DNA of 33,165 nucleotides from a virus: IMG/VR virus record IMGVR_UViG_3300045988_164547, positions 1 to 33,165 of that record; one strand, 5' to 3'. Shown piece by piece: positions 31,694 to 33,165 of this stretch (position 1 is its first letter; each line of letters starts with the position of its first letter). The notes under the pieces were generated by a model. It saw only the letters and a program-made list of their open reading frames with translations, ran no database searches and was not told where the DNA came from. The position numbers and the translations under genes were made by a program.

Positions 31694-33165
31694 ATGCGCT
31701 CAGAGTGGCTTGAGCAGTTACCCGATTATCTTGCCGAGATAATGCAGCAAATGTCGCTTGAAGCAACGGCAATTATCGCAGCACGAATTAACTATATTGG
31801 CAAGGTTAAGAAGAGCGATATACACAAGCTAACCAACGCCTTAGCCTATGCCGGAGCGGATATCAGCGAAATTGAGCGAATAATAGCCCGTTTCACGAAG
31901 AAAAGCGATGCGGAAATAGAGCGTATTTTAACCGAGGTAGCAGCCGAGGACGATTCCTTCGCTAAGATGTATTACGAGGCCAAAGGGCTTGTGCCCAAGA
32001 CCTATATAACAGATGCATATCTGCAAACTGCCCTAACTTCCGTTATAAAACAAACGCAAGAAGCAATCCGCAATTTGTCAAACACTACATCGCTGTTTTA
32101 TCAAATGCCTGACGGCACTTACGCCGACATTCGTTCAACTTATATAAGAGTGATTGACCAAGCTATATATGAAGTACAGAGCGGCAGCATAGATTATCAT
32201 ACCGCAATGAAGCGAGCAATGTTGTCTCTCGGTAAAGGAACGCGCTGTATTGAGTATATGAGCGGATACCACAGACGGCTTGACAGCGCCGTTAGGCAAA
32301 ACATATTAGACGGCACAAAGCAGCTCAATCAAACGGTAATGGACTATCACGGCAAAGCCTTTGGGGCAAACGGCGTCGAACTCACAGCTCACGCTATATC
32401 GGCTCCCGACCATGTCAATGTTCAAGGACACCGCTTTACAAACGAAGAATTTGAAAAAATGCAAAGCGGAATGGACTGCAAAGATATTCAGGGCAGAAAA
32501 TACAAAGGCTTCCCTCGAAAGATTACAGAATGGAACTGTAAACACTTTGCAATCCCCGTTATTGTTGATATAGGCTCTCCCGCTTATACAGACGAACAGC
32601 TTGAAGAACTGAAAAAATCAAGCACGGCCAAATATGACGATACCCAAAAAGCCAGGGCTATGGAAACACGCTTGAGAACGCTTAAGGAACAGAAAAACGC
32701 CCTTTTGGAATCGGGAGATGAAGCAGGCGCCAAACAAATTCAAAAAAAAATAACAGCTCAGCAGAGGGTTTACAGAGAATTCTGCACCCAAAAAGGCATA
32801 CATAGAGATTATGTTCGAGAGAATGTGCCAAAGTACCAAAAATCCATTACAAAAGAACCTAAGCTCTTAAAATCCAATCCTTTTTCAGATGTTACGCAAG
32901 AGTATTGCGATACCGCCAAGCCTGGTGTCGGTAAGGTCATTTTGGAAGAAGGGTATAAAAAAGCACACCACCAACAAGAGATTGAAACAGCCGAATGGCT
33001 TGTTAAAGAATTTGGTGGCGATGTTACACTTCAAAAAGAAATTGACAAACAAAATGTTAGGACATCTGATTATATTTGGCGAGAACGCTTTTGGGAACTA
33101 AAGAATGTTTCTTCGGTCAATAGTGGAGACTATGGTCTTAGAAAAGCGATTTCGCAAATTCAGAG
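31694..33165 (+). CDS. Head morphogenesis / minor capsid protein (MuF, SPP1 gp7 / Minor_capsid_2-like), 5' part. Continues at 1..279 (about 543 aa in total).
   Basis: The ORF is open to the window end and is missing from the supplied track. Core motif ELTAHAISAPDHVNVQGHRF...EWNCKHFAIPV, then a coiled coil, then an extra C-terminal domain. Confidence 0.8.
   Translation, partial: MRSEWLEQLPDYLAEIMQQMSLEATAIIAARINYIGKVKKSDIHKLTNALAYAGADISEIERIIARFTKKSDAEIERILTEVAAEDDSFAKMYYEAKGLVPKTYITDAYLQTALTSVIKQTQEAIRNLSNTTSLFYQMPDGTYADIRSTYIRVIDQAIYEVQSGSIDYHTAMKRAMLSLGKGTRCIEYMSGYHRRLDSAVRQNILDGTKQLNQTVMDYHGKAFGANGVELTAHAISAPDHVNVQGHRFTNEEFEKMQSGMDCKDIQGRKYKGFPRKITEWNCKHFAIPVIVDIGSPAYTDEQLEELKKSSTAKYDDTQKARAMETRLRTLKEQKNALLESGDEAGAKQIQKKITAQQRVYREFCTQKGIHRDYVRENVPKYQKSITKEPKLLKSNPFSDVTQEYCDTAKPGVGKVILEEGYKKAHHQQEIETAEWLVKEFGGDVTLQKEIDKQNVRTSDYIWRERFWELKNVSSVNSGDYGLRKAISQIQ
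33047..33165. repeat. Right copy of the exact 119-bp terminal direct repeat
   Basis: Identical to 1-119. Both copies lie in the same reading frame of the MuF gene. Confidence 0.95.

Larger units (their letters stand above)
1..33165. mobile_element. Complete temperate tailed-phage (siphovirus-like) genome, closed by a 119-bp terminal overlap
   Basis: Contiguous packaging, head, tail, lysis, lysogeny and replication modules. The termini are identical and one ORF reads in frame across the junction. Confidence 0.9.

Noticed and set aside
1-33165. tRNA, rRNA or CRISPR arrays, transposases or insertion sequences.
   Set aside because: No cloverleaf-like GC-rich ~75-nt islands, repeat-spacer arrays or transposase-like ORFs were seen. 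The intergenic space is small and is accounted for by promoters, terminators and the candidate small RNAs.

Overview
The window is a complete temperate siphovirus-type phage or prophage genome. The first 119 bp (1-119) are identical to the last 119 bp (33047-33165), so the unique length is about 33.05 kb and one gene, the MuF head-morphogenesis gene, wraps across the junction. Several features point to a Firmicutes or Clostridia-like host. These are a Cheo-type LexA box, an L27/Prp-type leader motif, an XkdX protein, a phiLC3-type holin domain and strong GGAGG ribosome-binding sites.

Gene order on the + strand:
- Packaging and head: ParB-DUF4417 protein, three small 'GGRGA' genes, terminase, portal, MuF, scaffold, major capsid.
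- Tail and lysis: connector proteins, major tail protein, two chaperones, tape measure, distal tail proteins, fibre, XkdX, lysis genes.
- Lysogeny module, mostly on the - strand: large serine integrase, an AT-rich MuF-like accessory gene, and an XRE repressor with no peptidase domain.
- Early operon back on the + strand: Cro-like DUF739 protein, YqaJ exonuclease, RecT, SSB, replisome organiser, G39P-like loader, RusA, orphan C5 methyltransferase, ASCH, YopX, Cys-rich small proteins, late activator.

No tRNA, rRNA, CRISPR array or reverse transcriptase was seen.

Most interesting observations:
1. Three divergent cassettes upstream of the terminase share a GGRGA N-terminal tag, L27-propeptide-like leaders and homologous terminators.
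2. MuF carries a C-terminal extension with a PD-(D/E)xK-like signature. No immunity ORF follows it. Instead there is a convergent small-RNA unit with a consensus promoter and intrinsic terminator.
3. A second MuF-family paralogue sits in the lysogeny module, apparently co-oriented with the repressor.
4. A LexA-box-controlled small ORF is transcribed into the 3' end of the non-cleavable repressor gene.

All functional calls come from reading motifs by eye. No database search was run.
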